Source of the DNA: a virus
Lineage: Duplodnaviria; Caudoviricetes
Virus record (IMG/VR): IMGVR_UViG_3300037515_000973
Span: 1-63,775 of that record
Length of the DNA stretch: 63,775 nt
Strand: one strand, 5' to 3'
Part shown: piece by piece, positions 37,394 to 48,821 of the stretch
How positions within the stretch are numbered: the stretch's first letter is position 1
Layout: every line of letters begins with the position of its first letter
Made by a program: the position numbers and the translations under genes
The notes under the pieces: model-generated
The model's input: only the letters and a program-made list of their open reading frames with translations
The model's database searches: none
What the model was told of the DNA's origin: nothing

Positions 37394-39106
37394 TTACCGG
37401 GCCTCCTCCACCAACAGTAAGGTCATGGCGACACCTCCTGAGTTCCACTCCTCTTCGATATCGGCCACGCGTGCCAAGCCAGGCAACTGGTTCAGGCGTA
37501 AGCGGGGACGGACGATCTGCACGACGTCGCCGAGTCCCGTCACGGCCGCCCCGAACGAGCCGACCGTCACTTTATGTTGAATGCGCGGGCGCCCAAAGAG
37601 GGTATTACGGAGTGCCGCTAAGGCTTCGGCATCGGCGCGATGGATGAGACGTGTGGTAGCGGTATGGAGCACTTGATGGGCGTGCGCACCGGGGATGCGC
37701 ACAGTCAAGGTTTGGAACGCCTGGGCCAGAATCGCGACGCGGTCCGGGTTTGTTTCCAAGAGGATGCCCGCCACATCCGCTTCTGCCAGGATCGTTGCAT
37801 TCGGCGCATAGTGTAGTATCGTCCCCCCGATCTTTTCCATTTCTGTCATTTCATGACGGAGCAGATCCGTATCCGTGAGGATCACGACGGGATCACTACT
37901 AGGGACAGTCCAGGGGCGGAGGGTATACTGCCCCGTGCGCAATTGCTCCAGGAGGAGCGGAATGCCCGCATTTAAGGTGTCCCACACGGCTTTGGCAGAG
38001 GTCTCTTCGAGTATGGGGTAGTCCATGGCATACGGAAAGATCTGGTAACATTCCGCCAACAACACGGGATCAATGCGCGTGATATCAATGCCGACGGCAT
38101 TCAGAATATAGAGATTCAAGTCCATCAATTGATCGCTGAACCCACCGAGATGAGCGGGCATAACACCCTGGATGTCTCCGGTAATCCGTGCGCCTTGCAG
38201 TCCTGTCGTCAGGATAATGTAGGCCCGTCCATAGAGCCCGTCAAACTCTGCGGTATACTCCACGCCTAGCGTCATCGCGAGGCCATTGCGATAGAACGCG
38301 CCTCCCGCACAAGGGTGACTGGCCATCAGGTATCGCCCGCCTTGCTCCGCCGTATTTACGAGAATCAATTCAACCCCATGGCACGTGCCGAGGAGCAAGG
38401 GGATCGTGCGTCCCACGACGGCAGCAGGGGCTAAAGGATACTCGTCCGCCGTAATAATCTCTGTGGCCAACGCATCATCCAGCTGATCTAGGGAACTACC
38501 GATCGGAATCTGAATGTCTGTATCCGTGACCGTCCGCATCCCCAGTCTGCCAGACAGCAAGAGTGACGTTTGCGCCCCGAGGGGCAGGCTCGTATATTCG
38601 CTCGGAATGGCCGTCACGCCAATCTCGAACGATTCGCCGTCCGTACTGAATCCCGTTGCGCCGAACACCGCATCCAGTTCTTTGTTGTGATTGAAAAACG
38701 TGAGACTCCCACTGGCGGTGACAGTCGAGGTGATGGGATCGCCTTGCAGGATATTTTGTGCGGACCGCTTGAGGCGGACGCCCGAGGACCAGAAGTGTGG
38801 AAAATGCTGAAAATTTCCCCCCGCTGTGGAGCCCCAATAATAGCCCGGCTGCGAACTCGCCCGAAAGACGTGGGTCTGATCTATTCCACCATCAATGCCC
38901 GCTTTGCGTGTATCGAAAGAGCCCCACAAAATCAGGCGTGTGCCATACTGCCGTAAGACCGTATACAACCGTCCGTCCCCAGTCAGATTGGTGGGGGAGA
39001 GATCGACCGGGGGGGGAGGGGATGGCGGCGGAGGAGGAGGCGCGAGGGGAAGGCCACTGACACCAAATGGCGGGACGCGCAAGACCGTATGGAAACGCCC
39101 TGCCAT
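37394..39106 (-). CDS. Tail tip/hub protein
   Basis: IPLLLG motif; directly downstream of the tape measure. Confidence 0.6.
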   Translation of the reverse strand: MAGRFHTVLRVPPFGVSGLPLAPPPPPPSPPPPVDLSPTNLTGDGRLYTVLRQYGTRLILWGSFDTRKAGIDGGIDQTHVFRASSQPGYYWGSTAGGNFQHFPHFWSSGVRLKRSAQNILQGDPITSTVTASGSLTFFNHNKELDAVFGATGFSTDGESFEIGVTAIPSEYTSLPLGAQTSLLLSGRLGMRTVTDTDIQIPIGSSLDQLDDALATEIITADEYPLAPAAVVGRTIPLLLGTCHGVELILVNTAEQGGRYLMASHPCAGGAFYRNGLAMTLGVEYTAEFDGLYGRAYIILTTGLQGARITGDIQGVMPAHLGGFSDQLMDLNLYILNAVGIDITRIDPVLLAECYQIFPYAMDYPILEETSAKAVWDTLNAGIPLLLEQLRTGQYTLRPWTVPSSDPVVILTDTDLLRHEMTEMEKIGGTILHYAPNATILAEADVAGILLETNPDRVAILAQAFQTLTVRIPGAHAHQVLHTATTRLIHRADAEALAALRNTLFGRPRIQHKVTVGSFGAAVTGLGDVVQIVRPRLRLNQLPGLARVADIEEEWNSGGVAMTLLLVEEAR

Positions 39107-39108
39107 GG

Positions 39109-42100
39109 TTAGCGGACCTCTAAGTTTTTCTGTCGGCGCCCCAGTTCGTGTATCACTTTATCTGCCAGGGTCCGTTCATTCATCCCAGGCGCCGCGTGAA
39201 TAGTGATATTAATCACGGGAGCAACAGACGATTGTGGCCTGTGTTGTCGCATCTGCGCCGTTTCCGCTGCGGTCCAGATATCGACTTGCTCCCCACGGTG
39301 CGCCAGAATAGGAAGTTCGTTTCGTCGGACCGTCGTATGGAGTCCATGCGCAGCCCCCAAGGGAGCATTCGGGTCGTACCCAGGCGGATTCAAATCCGGC
39401 GGCGCCCAATAGGGATCGCCGCCTGTCGGCACGCCCGCCGGCGTCACGGGGACGAAAACTGGGGGCAGCGCAGGCAAAACGACTGGCGTTGCACCGCCGG
39501 GCGTAAAATATTGATTGAAGAGGCCTTGCATGGTTCTGGTAAAAGCACTCACCCCATTCGCATTCCACCAGGGTTGCCCGTGCGCGGCTTGTTTGAGGGC
39601 ATCGGCCACCAGTGTTTGTAGGAGCGGCGCCACCTTCACGGTAATGGTATCGACCACGCTTTTACCGCTCTCTTTCGTGGCGGCTACCGTGGCCGTAGAC
39701 AGGGTGGCAAGTCGTGCGGCGAACAGTGCGCGTATTTGCGTCAGTTCTCCGGCTAAACTGACATCTAATGCCTGTAATGCTGCCGTCAATGCGTCTTGCT
39801 CCGCTTTGATGATCACCGCAAACGCATCGCGGGTGGCTTTTTCCTCTGCGGCAAACGTCGCATTAATTGCCTCAAGCTTCTGGGTGAGTTCACCCTCATC
39901 TATGGCGGCAACAAGGACCTTCGCTTGCTCGGTCAATGCCTTTTCCAATGCGGTGAGCTGTGCAATCGCGGCTTCTTCAAGGCTTTCTATCGTCGCCTTC
40001 AGGGCGGCTTCTTCTTTGGCAATCGCTTCTGCAAGCGCTTCCTGCGAGGCAATGATATCGGCGCTTAATTTGTCCCGCATTTTTTGCAGCGTTTCTTCAC
40101 TCGTGCCGGCTTTAATGTTCAGTTCTTTTTCGAGTTCTCGGATGTCGTCTAACCGCGTGTTTGTTCCTTTGACGCCTTCTAATTGCCGGAGCGTCTCTTT
40201 CCCTTGCTCTTCGAGTGAGTCAGCCACGGTTTTGACGATGTCGTTGAGGAGCAGCCCCTGCCTCACGCCCTTCGCGGTTTCGCCAAACAGGGCCAGGTTG
40301 AGTTCATTGATGGGGCCGATCAACCCCTCAAACTTCGCAATATCGTCTGCCGTGCCCCGCCCCTCAGTAATCTTTTTGGCCAGCCATGCAAACTGTCCTT
40401 GCAAGCCCCTCAGTTCTGCCAAAGCAGCTTTTTCTAATTCCTTCTTTGTCTGCTCCAGGGCGGCTTCTTCTTTGCCAATCGCCTTCGTCAGCGTCTCTTG
40501 TGAAGCCAACAATTTTATATTCGTTTGGTCACGCAATTGTTCGAGAACCTTCACCGTTGCGCCGGCTTTGAGATTCAATTCTTTTTCGAGTTCCCGAATT
40601 TCGTCCAGTCGCGTGTTCGTGCCTTCTACGCCACCGGTTTGCTTGAGGGTCGTTTTCCCCTGCTTTTCGAGCGAGTTGGCCACCGTCACAATCAGATCAT
40701 TGAGTCGGCCCCCCTGCGCAATGCCTTTGGTCGTACCGGCAAAAAGTTCTTTGTTCACGTCACGAAGAGGAGCAATCAGCGCCTCAAACCGGGCAATATC
40801 CTCTGCCGTTCCCTTCCCCCCGGTAATCTTCTGTGCCAGGGCCGTAATCTCCTTGAGCCCCTGCGCGAATTGTTGCGACCCGGTCAAGGCACTGGTTGCA
40901 CCGAATGTTTTTTCATCAAACAAATTTTCACGCAGGGAGCGCGCGGCCTGAATCTGCTCGTGCGCAGCAGCGCGTTTCTCGTCTATTTCCTGGCGTTGCA
41001 GACCTAAGAGTTTCTCAAGCAATCCCACGCGTTCCGTGAGTCCGTCTGCGATGAGTTGGTGTTCCTCTTGCAGTGCCTGGATGCGGTCTTGCGTGGCGGC
41101 TTCCGCGGCGGCTCGTAATTCACTAAAACTTTTTGTGAGACTCGCCAGTGTTGCGCGCAGGGACTGCGCCGCTTCAATCTGTGCCCGCGCCGCCTCGCGC
41201 TTGGCATCGACTTCTTGTCGCTGCAAGTCGATCAGACGATCAATGGAATTGATCCGGTCTTCGAGGACTTCTTGTTCCAGTTGTTGTTCTTTTTCGAGGG
41301 CTTGAATACGCTCGCGGGACGCCGCTTCCGCTGCTTGCTTTTGTTTATTCAGGAGATTGGTAATCAGCGTAATCCCTTCGGCTTGCAGCTTCTGAAGTTC
41401 TTCTAAGCTTTCCGTCTGCGCAATGTCTGCGAGCAGAGCACTGAAGTCACCTAGGACGCCGAGGAGCGCCTGTTTTGCATTGGCAATGACCGTCGGAATA
41501 TCAGCGAGAAAATCGCGTATTTTTTGCAGACTGGCAATCTGTTCCTCAATCGCTTTGGTCGCGGCTTTGCGTCGTTCCTCAATCGACTTGAGCTCGGCAT
41601 CGCGCTCTTCTTCAATCGCCTTCACGCGGTCCTTTGAGGCGTCTTCCAACGGCTTGCGGGCGTCTTCGCGCATCTTCTCAAAGGCTGCCAAGACTTCGTC
41701 TTGCAATTCCTGCACGGCCTCGAACGTCTGCGCGCCCGCCAGGTCGCCTAAGACTTCGCCGAGCGGGCGCGGGTCATGATCCAGTAATTTTTTGATTTGC
41801 TCGTCCAGCGGCGCCAGCACTTCAGATATGAGTGCCGTGATCCGCGCCGCGAGTTGTGCATTCACCGCATCGTACAAGGTCTGGACATCAACGAGGTCTG
41901 CCACACTCGCCGCTGCGTGATCGATACTTTCATTCGCGGCATTATATTCTTCAATAAGTTGCACAAACCCACTACGCTGACTGTCCAGGCTATGGAGAAA
42001 GTCATTGGCTGGTCGCAGTTGATCTTGAATGGCTTTCGTCATCCGCGCCGCCATATTTTCCGCAAGTTCCGCTAAGGTCTCAAACAGGTCTCGTGCCGCG

Positions 42101-45100
42101 GCTTCCATGATCGCAACGCGTGCTTCTGGCGATGACGTAAAAGCCCCGTCCCCTGGGCGACGCACAAACGTTGCAGCCGCGGCCCGGCGTGCTTCTTCGA
42201 GAATACTTTTCGTCAGGGCATCTGCCAAGACCTCGGCTTCTTCTCGTATCGCCTTGAGGGCACCCACAAGGGAGGGGGCGGAATCGTCTGCAAACGCGCG
42301 AATTTCTTTCCGTATCGCAGCCAGAAATTCTTCCAAATTGGTAATGGAACTAAATGCTGGCTCACCGCTTGCTCCTCCTCCTCCGCCGCCGCCGCCACCC
42401 CCGCCTGCACTGGCTCCCGCACCTCCTCCCCCTAAATCGAGGTCCCTGAGGAAGGCTTGCAATTCAGGCGATTGGAGGACCTCTTTCAGGACCGGCAGAA
42501 TCACCTTGAGCGCATCGATCACTTGATTCGTGGCACCAATAACAGCGCCGGCAAAGGCGGCGCCACCGGCCAGCCCGGCCGTAATCAACGGGCCCACCAA
42601 GGCCCCAAAGAGCGATTGCACTATCACGTTCACGGGCGCCGTAATGAAGGCATCGAATAAAGCGGCGGTCACCGCATCAAAAGCGGCCCGGTTCATGATC
42701 CGCTCCAGCTCTGCCCCGAGCTTATTAAAATTGAGTTTGGCCGGATTGAAATTGACCTTCTCCAATGCGGCAATGTAGGCGGCGGCGAACGATTGGCCCA
42801 AAGTATTGCCGAGATTTTTGAGGGCAGGGACGAGCACCCGCACGCCGGGGATGCTATCGATCTCAATTTGTTGGGCTTGTACGTCGCGCGCCGCCGCCAG
42901 TCGCTGACGATATTCATCCGCCGCTTCAGCGGATAGGAGGTGTGCACTTTCCAAGTCTTGGAGGGTCCGTTCATAGCTCAACATCTGGAGATCTAAGGCC
43001 GCAATCTGGTCTTCCACACTCGGTCCAAACGCGGTGTCGATAAAATCTTTGAGCGGTTGTAAGGACTCCTGTACCAATTGCCCCACGTGCTCATCGCGTG
43101 CGGCGGCCAGGCGCGCGCGGTACTCCTCCGCCGCGTCAGCAGACAGGAGATGTTCCGCTTCCAACGCTTGCAGGGTTGCTTCATAGTCCAACATCTGGAT
43201 ATCTAAGGCCGCAATCTGCTCTTTTATTTTCGGCCCAAACGATGTGCTGATAAAGTCTTGGAGGGGGGATAACGACTCTTGTACCAGAGTATCAATTTGC
43301 GCTTCTTCAGCAAAAATAACCTTTATTCGGGCTTGTCGTACACGTTCGGCCTGAACCGATCCTTCTTCCAGGGTGTCTTGAAGATCTTGCAGGTCTCGCC
43401 GCAGTTGTTGCGCCGCTTCATGAATGGCATTGGCTTGCTCCCGAATGCCGCTCGGGTCAGCGAAACCAGCCGCGCTGCGTTCCGCGCCCCTGACCTGAAT
43501 CTCAATCTCACCCATAGTCCTGATGGCATCAGGCATCAAATTGAGCGTCTCCAGTAGTTTGACCAACTCCTCGCCGACCAGGCCAACTTCTTTCGCCAAC
43601 GCCTGAAACGCCTCGCTGCTCAAGTCGATCGGCGCAGAAAAATCAAAGCCGGCGAGCAGTTCTGGCAGGCGCGCCTCAATAAACTCCGTCACAGCCCGGT
43701 CAAACAGCGCGGCGCGGATCGCTTCGGCAAACGCCTTTTGGATATCCTTTGCCGTCACAATGGCACCGCCCGCCGCCGCCACCGCTGCTTCTCCCCAGAC
43801 GGCGCCGGCCGCCGTGGCAATGTCGGTTACATCCGCAAAGATACGTGTGATTTCTTTTTCAATCGCTTTAGCATCAATCTCAATTTCATTCAGTCCGATC
43901 GTGATGCCACCCAGGGCATTCAACTGGAGGAGGGCATCTTCGATTTCTAACGTGCCCGCCCGAATTTGGTCCGTAAAAGTGGCGACCTCCGCCGCCGTGA
44001 ATCCAGCGACCACCGCCGCCGCTTCAAAGGAATCTGCCATAAAGCCGTTTGCCAACACGACGGCATCCACTGCTTCACTATAGTTACTAAACAGATCAAT
44101 GATGCCCTCTAATAAGTCCCCGATCAGAATAATATCTTTCTGCCCTTCACTCCGCTCTTCGAGCAATTCGGCCAGATCTAAATCCCCTGCCACGCCCCGG
44201 AGCGAATCCATCGCTTCATTGAGTTCTTCGATGGCGCCGACCAGGGTCAGGCCCAGTTCTTCCGCCAGTTTGACAGCGACGGCTTGCGCTTCTTTGAGTG
44301 TCAGGTTGTTATCATTCATCGCTGCACTAACGACATTGGCAAACCGCTTGATCGTGCCGATGCCCCCATCGGTAAAATTCGCATAGGCCACGCCCAAGCC
44401 ATGCAAGCTATTTTCCAACTCAGCAAACGACTCGCCTTGCTCCTCGGAGAATTTTTTGAGTGCCTTCAGGCCAATCGCCTCTTCAAAGAAGTCATGAATG
44501 CCTTGCTTTTCGAGTGCAATCCGTCCCGGCTTAAAGAGATCGCCCAGCAGATCTCCGACGAGAGAACCAAGAAACTCTCCGACGATATTCCCAATCGCTC
44601 CCCCGAGCGGACTTCCACCTCCCAAAGCCGTCCCGAGGGCCGTGCCTAACCCGCCCCCAATACTGCTGCCGAGTTGCGTGCCAATACTATTGCCCACGCC
44701 AGCAATTTGTTTGAGTGCCGTCGATCCTGTCCGGAGCGTGTCGACGATCAGGTCGCCGAGCACTTGGCTCCACACGTGTGAGCTTTTTGCGGCTTGCTGT
44801 TGCGCTGCCGCAACCTGCTGGGTCGATGTGACTAAGGCATTATTGGCCAGAATCGCGTTTTGCTTGGCCAGTCCTGCCGCACGGATGGCTTCTGCCTCCA
44901 CATCGGTCGCTGCCGCTAACGCCCGTGTTTCCGTTTCGAGTTGCACCTGTGCAATGGTATAGGTCACATCTGCATCCCGTGCATCCAGCGTGCCGGCCTC
45001 CACGCGTCGCAAAATCTCGTTGTGGGCTTCGAGTTCCTGCGTACTCTCTTGTGTGGCGCTGATGAAATTCTGCTGCTCCTGCGCATGGGCAGCCGCCCCG

Positions 45101-46713
45101 GCCGCGAATTGCGCGGCCAGGCTATTCGCCGCATTCTGGCGGATACCGTTCTGTTCGAGCTCCGTATTCAAGCCCGCCAGGGCCCGCGCTTCTTCATCCA
45201 GTTGCGCGGCTCGCTCGGGCCCAAATTCGCGCGTATTTTGCGTCTTCTGTAAACGCAGTTCGGCTTCGGCGGCATCAATCACGCCGGTCACTTGGAGTTT
45301 GCGCAAGCCGATCAGATCCTGTAAGCCGGTCAATTGGTCTTGATACGCCTTCGTCAGCTGCTCCGCTGCGGTTGCTGCTGTTTTGGCTGCCTTTTCTGCG
45401 GCTTTGGCGGCTTTGTCATTCGCCTCAGCAAGTGCGCCGGTTGCCCCAGCGGCCCCTTTTGCTTCTCCCGCGTATAGGCCCAGTTCCGTCGCCAGTCCAC
45501 GGAACGCCGGGTCCAGCTTCGCCCCTTCGGCCGTCAACTGCTCAAACGTCGCTTTCAGGGCAGCGGTATCTCCCGCCGTACGCTGCGTCGAAACCGCATA
45601 GGCCCCAAACGCCGCATTGAGTTGTGCGGTGGCGGCCTGCGTTGCTTTGATCGAATCAATGGCTTTCTGGTTTGCCTCTCGCAGTTGTGTCAGCCCGGTA
45701 ATCGGCGCTTCGCCAAAACCGAGAGCTTCTGCAATTTGTTTCGGCGGATTCTTCACAAACCGACCCAACGTCTCAAACACCTGAATGACTTGCAACGCTA
45801 AGTCGTACCATTCTCGCAATTCTAAGATGGCCGTAGAAATATCAATACTATCAATCGCTGTCGAAAGCCCGAGCATGGCATTCGCCAGTAACTCCGTCGC
45901 GCCTGCATTTTCATTCAGGCGTCCCACAAGCGCAAGCAGACTATTGTCAATGACGGTCATGGCGCTCGCCACCGTCACGCCCATTTTCGTGAATTGCTCG
46001 TTAACCGTTGCGCCGCCCTTCAGAATCCCTTGGAAAAACTCCGTATTCGAGATTTGCCCGTCTCTGACCAACTGGGTCAGTTTATTCACACTGCCGCCCG
46101 TCGCCTCTATCCCATTGGCAGCGGCTTGCAGCAGTGGCCGGGCGCCGTCAATCAGCGAGTTGTATTCTTGCGCCTGAATCGTGGCGCCGCCAAACGCTTG
46201 CGAGAGCTGCAACAACGCACCGCGCGCCGATGCCGTCGTCGTGCTGTTCACGACTAAAGATTTATTGACGATTCCTACCACGCGGACAATGTCTGCTTGT
46301 GATGCCCCGAGGTCTTTGGCCGAGGCAGACAGGCGCGAATAGAGCGTCGCCGTTTCCCCGAGCGGTCCCCGTGTCGATTGCGCGATCCGAAAAACGTCTT
46401 CCTGTACGCGCGCCAGGTGCTCCGTCGACGTGGCAGTGAAATTGAGTTGCCCCGTGACACGCGTCCAGGCGTCGGCATAGTCCAGCAGTTTGCGCACCAC
46501 CAGAGACGCGGCGACCGTTGTTAAGAGCGTCTGCAATCCCCGCAGGGAGCCGAGCATGCCCTTGAGCGAGCGGTCCGCTTGCACGGCAGCCCCACCAAAC
46601 TTCTTGAGACTGTTTTCGGCGCGCCCGCCGGATTCCGTGAGTCTGTCGAGTTCTGCCGCCGCCGCGCGCACCTGATCGGCACTAACTGTGATTTGGATTT
46701 CTGCAATGTCGAT
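39109..46713 (-). CDS. Tail tape measure protein (about 2530 aa); probable non-canonical start at 46713
   Basis: DYADAW...GALLQLSQAFG...QEYNSL tape-measure domain; Ala-rich coiled coils; AILAHRGEQV-type C-terminal motif (ELPILAHRGEQV). Confidence 0.9.
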   Translation of the reverse strand: MDIAEIQITVSADQVRAAAAELDRLTESGGRAENSLKKFGGAAVQADRSLKGMLGSLRGLQTLLTTVAASLVVRKLLDYADAWTRVTGQLNFTATSTEHLARVQEDVFRIAQSTRGPLGETATLYSRLSASAKDLGASQADIVRVVGIVNKSLVVNSTTTASARGALLQLSQAFGGATIQAQEYNSLIDGARPLLQAAANGIEATGGSVNKLTQLVRDGQISNTEFFQGILKGGATVNEQFTKMGVTVASAMTVIDNSLLALVGRLNENAGATELLANAMLGLSTAIDSIDISTAILELREWYDLALQVIQVFETLGRFVKNPPKQIAEALGFGEAPITGLTQLREANQKAIDSIKATQAATAQLNAAFGAYAVSTQRTAGDTAALKATFEQLTAEGAKLDPAFRGLATELGLYAGEAKGAAGATGALAEANDKAAKAAEKAAKTAATAAEQLTKAYQDQLTGLQDLIGLRKLQVTGVIDAAEAELRLQKTQNTREFGPERAAQLDEEARALAGLNTELEQNGIRQNAANSLAAQFAAGAAAHAQEQQNFISATQESTQELEAHNEILRRVEAGTLDARDADVTYTIAQVQLETETRALAAATDVEAEAIRAAGLAKQNAILANNALVTSTQQVAAAQQQAAKSSHVWSQVLGDLIVDTLRTGSTALKQIAGVGNSIGTQLGSSIGGGLGTALGTALGGGSPLGGAIGNIVGEFLGSLVGDLLGDLFKPGRIALEKQGIHDFFEEAIGLKALKKFSEEQGESFAELENSLHGLGVAYANFTDGGIGTIKRFANVVSAAMNDNNLTLKEAQAVAVKLAEELGLTLVGAIEELNEAMDSLRGVAGDLDLAELLEERSEGQKDIILIGDLLEGIIDLFSNYSEAVDAVVLANGFMADSFEAAAVVAGFTAAEVATFTDQIRAGTLEIEDALLQLNALGGITIGLNEIEIDAKAIEKEITRIFADVTDIATAAGAVWGEAAVAAAGGAIVTAKDIQKAFAEAIRAALFDRAVTEFIEARLPELLAGFDFSAPIDLSSEAFQALAKEVGLVGEELVKLLETLNLMPDAIRTMGEIEIQVRGAERSAAGFADPSGIREQANAIHEAAQQLRRDLQDLQDTLEEGSVQAERVRQARIKVIFAEEAQIDTLVQESLSPLQDFISTSFGPKIKEQIAALDIQMLDYEATLQALEAEHLLSADAAEEYRARLAAARDEHVGQLVQESLQPLKDFIDTAFGPSVEDQIAALDLQMLSYERTLQDLESAHLLSAEAADEYRQRLAAARDVQAQQIEIDSIPGVRVLVPALKNLGNTLGQSFAAAYIAALEKVNFNPAKLNFNKLGAELERIMNRAAFDAVTAALFDAFITAPVNVIVQSLFGALVGPLITAGLAGGAAFAGAVIGATNQVIDALKVILPVLKEVLQSPELQAFLRDLDLGGGGAGASAGGGGGGGGGGGASGEPAFSSITNLEEFLAAIRKEIRAFADDSAPSLVGALKAIREEAEVLADALTKSILEEARRAAAATFVRRPGDGAFTSSPEARVAIMEAAARDLFETLAELAENMAARMTKAIQDQLRPANDFLHSLDSQRSGFVQLIEEYNAANESIDHAAASVADLVDVQTLYDAVNAQLAARITALISEVLAPLDEQIKKLLDHDPRPLGEVLGDLAGAQTFEAVQELQDEVLAAFEKMREDARKPLEDASKDRVKAIEEERDAELKSIEERRKAATKAIEEQIASLQKIRDFLADIPTVIANAKQALLGVLGDFSALLADIAQTESLEELQKLQAEGITLITNLLNKQKQAAEAASRERIQALEKEQQLEQEVLEDRINSIDRLIDLQRQEVDAKREAARAQIEAAQSLRATLASLTKSFSELRAAAEAATQDRIQALQEEHQLIADGLTERVGLLEKLLGLQRQEIDEKRAAAHEQIQAARSLRENLFDEKTFGATSALTGSQQFAQGLKEITALAQKITGGKGTAEDIARFEALIAPLRDVNKELFAGTTKGIAQGGRLNDLIVTVANSLEKQGKTTLKQTGGVEGTNTRLDEIRELEKELNLKAGATVKVLEQLRDQTNIKLLASQETLTKAIGKEEAALEQTKKELEKAALAELRGLQGQFAWLAKKITEGRGTADDIAKFEGLIGPINELNLALFGETAKGVRQGLLLNDIVKTVADSLEEQGKETLRQLEGVKGTNTRLDDIRELEKELNIKAGTSEETLQKMRDKLSADIIASQEALAEAIAKEEAALKATIESLEEAAIAQLTALEKALTEQAKVLVAAIDEGELTQKLEAINATFAAEEKATRDAFAVIIKAEQDALTAALQALDVSLAGELTQIRALFAARLATLSTATVAATKESGKSVVDTITVKVAPLLQTLVADALKQAAHGQPWWNANGVSAFTRTMQGLFNQYFTPGGATPVVLPALPPVFVPVTPAGVPTGGDPYWAPPDLNPPGYDPNAPLGAAHGLHTTVRRNELPILAHRGEQVDIWTAAETAQMRQHRPQSSVAPVINITIHAAPGMNERTLADKVIHELGRRQKNLEVR

Positions 46714-46732
46714 GGCGGTCTCCTCGGGGGAT

Positions 46733-47562
46733 TTACATCACATAGCGCAATTCAGGCTTACGTTCCAACAGGGTCAGTTGAGCAGGAGCATCTTCATTTT
46801 CGTACGTAAAGTGTTCCTGCAAACTTTCAAACCGCACGCCATCGAGTGCAAAAATGACATCTTGTTCCCACGTCGTGAGCGCGATCTGTCGATTCCGCAT
46901 CCACCACCCCAACTCGGTATGCGTAATCGACTGAAAGCCTTCCATCCCGCCATAGTGCCGGTTGGCCGCCCGCACCTCATGGTAATAGTGCCAGAGATGT
47001 TCGATCGCATACGGAAACGGCGGCTCGGCTACGCGACTGGGGGCGAGTCCGTCATGCTCCCGTTCATAGCTCTCCCACTCTTCGAGGGGGCTGGGCTGGT
47101 CTTTCCCTCTGGGCTGGTACTGCCAGAATACCCACCGGGCGTACTGGCAGAGATCGGCTTGGCAGTCGGCAAAAAATTCTGGCGATCCTCCATAAACTGC
47201 TTGGCCTGATCCATCAGCCAGGGAAAGCGCAGATACATCGCTTTAGCCGCCTCTTCGGAAAATTCTGCCCAGGCGCCATCCACATACAGGGACCATCCCA
47301 CCGTACACACCACGAGCCGGGCTAAGGCTTCCGCGTCGGTTTGCTCGGCCGTTAAGGGCGCATTCTGGTTCTTGCGGAACCGATTATACCCTTGTGTTTT
47401 TTGCCGCCGCTCTAAGGCACGCCACTTCTCGGAATCTTGCCCGAGCAGGAGCAGGTACATCGACTGCCCACCTTCGTCCATTTCTTCAAGCGTGACAGGG
47501 TTCACAATCGGCATCTGATTGGCCGTGTTGGCCATGTTCTCAAACGATTCTAGTCCTGGCAT
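46733..47562 (-). CDS. Tail assembly chaperone G (47029-47562) and -1 frameshift product GT (to 46733)
   Basis: Slippery AAT TTT TTG at 47170-47178; the -1 frame is open into ...EHLWHYYHEV...ITHTELGWW. Confidence 0.8.
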
Positions 47563-47623
47563 ACCATGGGCCTCCCTGGGACGCTCAGGGACTGCGTCGT
47601 CCCTGAGGTAAATTCACAAAAAG

Positions 47624-48805
47624 TTACACGTTGCCTTTTTGCATGGTGAAGTTCGAGCCGCTCACACTGTCGCGATTGGCCACCCAATTGAAGTTCTGCG
47701 GCACCGGCCCCGCCCCCGGCGAGGTCTGGATATCCGCCTGACTGTAGATGGCATTGGGCACGGTCATTTTCAGAAAGTTCGTGCCATCCAGATCATATAA
47801 CAATGTGTGAATCTGGACGCCGGCTTCGGCGATAAACTTGGCATATTCCACGTCCGTCGAGTCGAGGAGGAGGCCGAGGCTGCCGGCCGGGGCAATATCA
47901 GCATCGAACACACCGGGTGAGCTATTCGCAAAAACGACTTCCACCCCCGCCCGTGGACGGGGCAGGTTGATGCCCACATTCGTGGCGCGCGTAATCTGAT
48001 TGTTCCCGAGATACAGACGCGACGTCGTTTCAATGGCCGAAATCGGATTCTGCTCCGTAAACGCCGCCAACGAGCCACTCAGGTCCGCCACCATGGACGT
48101 TGTTTTGACATCCACAAAGTTCATGCCCACCCACGTCGCCGAGCCCGTGACGTTGGCGCCCGTGGCAATCGTAAACGACAAGTCAGACGTCGTGAGGCCG
48201 ACATTGCCAAAATATTGGGGCGTGGCCGTCACAAACCCGCGCTCGACCGTCCAGGTGCGCATCGTCACGCCGACCTTGAGCTTTTCGCCGACGACGGTAA
48301 TCGTCGCATCCGCATCCTCCGCTTCAATCGTCAGGACGGGCGGAAAGGTCAGCGTCAAGGCAGACACGCCGAGAATAGTCGTGCGGATATTGTTTGCCCC
48401 CGTCGTAAAAAGGGCCAGATCAACCACATCACCGACTTCATACCCATCGGTGACAAAACTCCCACTGGCACGGGTGATCGTGGAGGTCGTGGCGACGGTC
48501 AGCCCCTGCGCGGCAGGCGCCACGCCCGCCGTCCACGTCCCACCCAGGTGCAGTTCAAACAGGTCATCAAAGTTCGTGTGACGTAAAGTGAACGGCGTAC
48601 TCCCCTGCACGGTTTTAAAGGCCTGCCGGCTGTTCCCCGCCTGACCGGTATTCACCACAGACGGTGAGGTCAGGAGTCCTTTTTGGCCTTGAATCTGGCG
48701 GCCGTCCACTAATAATCGATTAAAGACAGGCGTCGTATTGGTGACGCCCTGTACGGTTTCTGCACTCCAGAGCAGTTGTTCGCTGATACCCGATTGTAAT
48801 GCCAT
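47624..48805 (-). CDS. Major tail tube protein
   Basis: 393 aa; AETVQGVT, TWTVERGF; position before the chaperone and tape measure. Confidence 0.75.
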   Translation of the reverse strand: MALQSGISEQLLWSAETVQGVTNTTPVFNRLLVDGRQIQGQKGLLTSPSVVNTGQAGNSRQAFKTVQGSTPFTLRHTNFDDLFELHLGGTWTAGVAPAAQGLTVATTSTITRASGSFVTDGYEVGDVVDLALFTTGANNIRTTILGVSALTLTFPPVLTIEAEDADATITVVGEKLKVGVTMRTWTVERGFVTATPQYFGNVGLTTSDLSFTIATGANVTGSATWVGMNFVDVKTTSMVADLSGSLAAFTEQNPISAIETTSRLYLGNNQITRATNVGINLPRPRAGVEVVFANSSPGVFDADIAPAGSLGLLLDSTDVEYAKFIAEAGVQIHTLLYDLDGTNFLKMTVPNAIYSQADIQTSPGAGPVPQNFNWVANRDSVSGSNFTMQKGNV

Positions 48806-48821
48806 GCTATGGACTCCTTCG

